This document shows, in pieces, positions 60,987 through 64,000 of a stretch of DNA of 64,000 nt. The position numbers and the translations under genes were made by a program. The stretch lies in the NCBI GenBank assembly GCA_026025795.1, contig JAPEUG010000039.1, positions 1-64,000 on the forward strand, written 5' to 3'. This DNA is from Thelocarpon superellum. Taxonomy: Eukaryota. Within the stretch, counting starts at the first letter, position 1, and every line of letters starts with the position of its first letter. The notes beneath the pieces were generated by a model. It saw nothing but the letters and a program-made list of their open reading frames with translations, was not told the origin of the DNA and did not search any database.

Positions 60987-62419
60987 TCAGAGAGATTCGA
61001 TGAAGCTCGAGATTCGCCCTTTCTTGATCGAAGTGGGTCGGGCGCGCTTCTGTAGCTTCTTCTGTCTCGGCTGCCTCCCATCCACCGCTTCAAGACTCAC
61101 GACGTGATACTCCGACGGATCCGGCTCCCCACGCATCCCGTCCATTCCCGTGAAGGTCCCGGCAGGAAGAACCTCGAAGCCAGAATTGACCTTGCGAATG
61201 GTCTTGTTGCAATGAAGGTGCTGGTTGAGATCTTCGGGCCGCAGCTTGCGCGTCCCAGATGACAACATATCACCGTCACCGGCCGGTAGGAGTGGCTCCG
61301 ACACCATCGCGATATCCTCCTGTGCCGCGCGATCGGACAACATCGAGCTGCCTTGAGTGGCGGATGTGGCGGCATTGTCATTCGCAACTTCACTGGGGGC
61401 TAGAAACGGGTCAGATCGATTCTTGCGGATGTCGGATGAGCTTGTCCCTGCACCGATCCCGGCCAGATGAGTGGGCTGGTTGTTGCAGGGAGCTACCGGC
61501 GGCGCGCCTGTCACGAATTCGATGTCGGGATCCCTCAAATGGATGTCGTCAAAAGGGTTGGAATGCGAGCTTTGGGCCGACCGGGAACGAACGCTGCGAC
61601 GAAGTGTTCGGGACTTTGACCTCGTCTGGGTCAGGGCCGTCAAGAACTCCTCTTGGCCCTGTCCTCGCCCCTCTAGATAGCCGAAGGTATGGTGGTCTGT
61701 CAGCAACGGGTTATGGCCATGATGCACCGGAGAGCGTGGTTGGACGTAATGGCCGGCCTCGAGCGTGAGCGGGATCGTATGCATGGGCATGAGCGGAGCG
61801 GTAGATATGGGACTTGGCTCACTAGAGCGGCTTCTCCGCCAGTCGGTAGGGTGCGTGGTTGGAGTCGTCTCTGGGTCGACGAAGTTGTAATGCCTGTGAG
61901 TCACTTGCGGAAGCGAGAGTTGTCCGGACCCGGATGGCCGAGGCCCGCGGATCGTCGGATCGGCCGGTGCCATCATGGGTGAGGCGGGACCGGCGGAGCG
62001 AAGACTCGGAACCGGGCTGTTTGGTCTCGAGATCCATACGCCTTCGACCTCGATGCCGCTCTCGATGGCCCGCACGCCAAAGGGAACGTCCTCTCCCTTC
62101 AGCTGGATAACGTCACGGCTCCGGCGCATCTCCAACAGGTGAGTCTTCCGGGCCTCGGCGATGGCCGTGTACTTGCGAAGCCGCCAGTGGTTCCACGCCA
62201 ATTTGGCGAAGCCGGCCATGAAGGTGAGAATCTAAGATGAATCAGTCGTGTCAATCGGTAGACAACGGGCGATGAAGGGGCCGTACGATGGTACAGCCCA
62301 GCACCTAAGCCATGGAAGAGCGTTCGTCAGTCATGGAAGTTCGGGATCAGCGAGAAAGAGACTCGTACGAAACACATCTGAGCCCACAAGGCCCAGTCGG
62401 TAAAGAATCGCCCGCCCAT
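60987..62419 (-). CDS. Conserved fungal single-pass membrane protein; exons 62419-62369, 62304-62287, 62231-60987
   Basis: MGGRFFTDWALWAQMCF|VLGCTI|ILTFMAGFAKL transmembrane segment, plus DVPFGVRAIESGIEVEGVWISRPNSP and RKVNSGFEVLPAGTF motifs. Confidence 0.82.
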
Positions 62420-63710
62420 AGCGCGTGCTCCAACGAAGGGCAGAATGCCGGATGCGTCACTAGAATTCCTGGCGGACTCTGACGGTAGTGTGGATATGCC
62501 TCGGAGAGAGACGGGGCAGAGAGTCAGGCAAGAGAAGGTGCATCTACACCTAGAGGACCTTAGGTAGGTAGGTAGGTAAGGGAACAAGACGGATGATTTC
62601 ATAGGAGAGGGGAAATGACTGTGGGGACCCGCCGGAGTCTTGGCATGAAAGACAGCCGATGGGACTGTGCTTCTTGAGGGCGTCGGAGGTCGGTCTGGCA
62701 GGTGGGCAGTCCTCCGTAGATATGGAATCACCTGGGTTCGCCCCACTTGAAGACGGAAGTGGGAGCACGTTATTACGCGGAGTAGGTCAATCTTATCTGG
62801 CGTGAAAAGCCTCGGTATCACAGTAAATGCTGATTGAAAACGACATCGAGAGAGCCCGTCACACATTTGCGGGTTGTGCTAGGTCATGCTGAGAAGATTG
62901 CCTAGCACGGCTGCCGGCAGTGAATGACAGGAATAGCAACGGTCAACTAGAAGAAGCGGAACACAACTGCCCACAAAAACATCATCAGCGCCTACTCGCG
63001 CGCTCATGCCGGAGTAGTTTCGCCAAATTCTTGGGCACATGATCCATCTAGGTCGGTGGGGAGGTTGATTTGATCCATGCAGGCATCGCGGCTTTGCGAT
63101 GTATCATCATTCCGTTGACAGGGTTGATACTAGGACGCAGGCGACCCGCGATCTCTAGACCACCAGCCACCCCAGTCGCCGTCTCTGCAAGGGGCGGAGG
63201 TGGTCCTGTCAATCAGGCTGCGGATTAGCATCAAGGCTCGCTGCATTTCACTAGAAATACGGCCAATCCATTCGATGTTTTCTATGCCTCAGTGCCGCCG
63301 TTTGCTCAAGCCTCGGAGGAGCAATTGCCCCAGTACTCGCATTTCGCCCCTCTCGTGTCGCAGGTACGTCGGCGGTTCCCGGTCAGCCGGAACAGGGTCT
63401 TTCCGGCTGGGGTCGTTAGTCACATCCGCCTACCACAGGATGCGTACCAGAGTCGGGGGCAATTACCGGTACGAAATACGAATCACGCGGCCATTTTCGG
63501 CATGAGCACGTCCTTGGTCGCGATTATTGGGGGATGGCGTGTCAGCACGATCGAACAACCGGGCGCTGGAGAGTCGTCCACCGCATCTTCGTCGACACCA
63601 ACAATTTTCATGCTTTGAATCGCCACCTTCCCCATCATTTCTCACATCCGTAGCCTTTCATCGCATCGGCTATCACATTGTTCATCGGCTTGCGTCTCCG
63701 GTCCCTCATC

Positions 63711-64000
63711 ATGCCCATCCGCAACCCTTTCCGCCGGGCGGGCGTCAATCCGGGCGTGGACACGCTGACAGACGAGCACGGTCGGTCCTCGTCACACGAT
63801 GGCAGCGAACACGGCTCGGACCGGATCCCGGTGGGAGGCCCGAGTCCATTGGCTGCGTTGAACATCAAAGGTCGGAGAACGGACTCCAATGAATACAAAT
63901 TGAGTGGTACGCTCAACCTTTACACAACGTCATGGCGGGCCTTGCTAATTTGACGGTCTTGGGCGCGTAGTGGTCAATGATAGTGGGGTGTATCTGCCTG
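63711..64000 (+). CDS. Conserved fungal hypothetical protein, 5' part (runs off window); intron 63907-63970
   Basis: MPIRNPFRR...NEYKLS|VVNDSGVYLP with a clean GT-AG intron. Confidence 0.75.

Noticed and set aside
1..64000. Transposons, CRISPR arrays, rRNA genes, secondary-metabolite cluster
   Set aside because: No transposase/RT motifs, terminal repeats, spacer arrays or backbone enzymes were seen. rRNA matches are only short antisense snoRNA guides.

Overview
Gene-dense, GC-rich filamentous ascomycete (Pezizomycotina-like) DNA. It has short spliceosomal introns with CTRAY branch points. About 24 protein-coding genes were assembled by hand from splice signals: SFT2, a LARP1-like La/DM15 protein, VPS37, a PTH11-like receptor, ODC carrier, DNA2, RPP40, TEX1, a Zn2Cys6 factor, mitochondrial L2, cyclin B, a HIT protein, TRM11, SIR2, PUF6, a Dabb protein, RAD51 and several hypothetical genes. 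The most notable element is absent from the ORF track: a non-coding + strand host gene at about 10.4-11.7 kb with five intron-encoded box C/D snoRNAs (snR41-, snR70- and snR51-like, plus two extra dual-guide RNAs). Its splice signals imply nested, stwintron-like or recursive splicing and a possible 3-nt micro-exon. A second oddity lies at 30.1-32.0 kb: an orphan proline-rich gene followed, after its stop codon, by five introns (two GC-AG) separating four paralogous non-coding exons. All identifications rest on motif recognition and remembered rRNA sequence. No searches were run.
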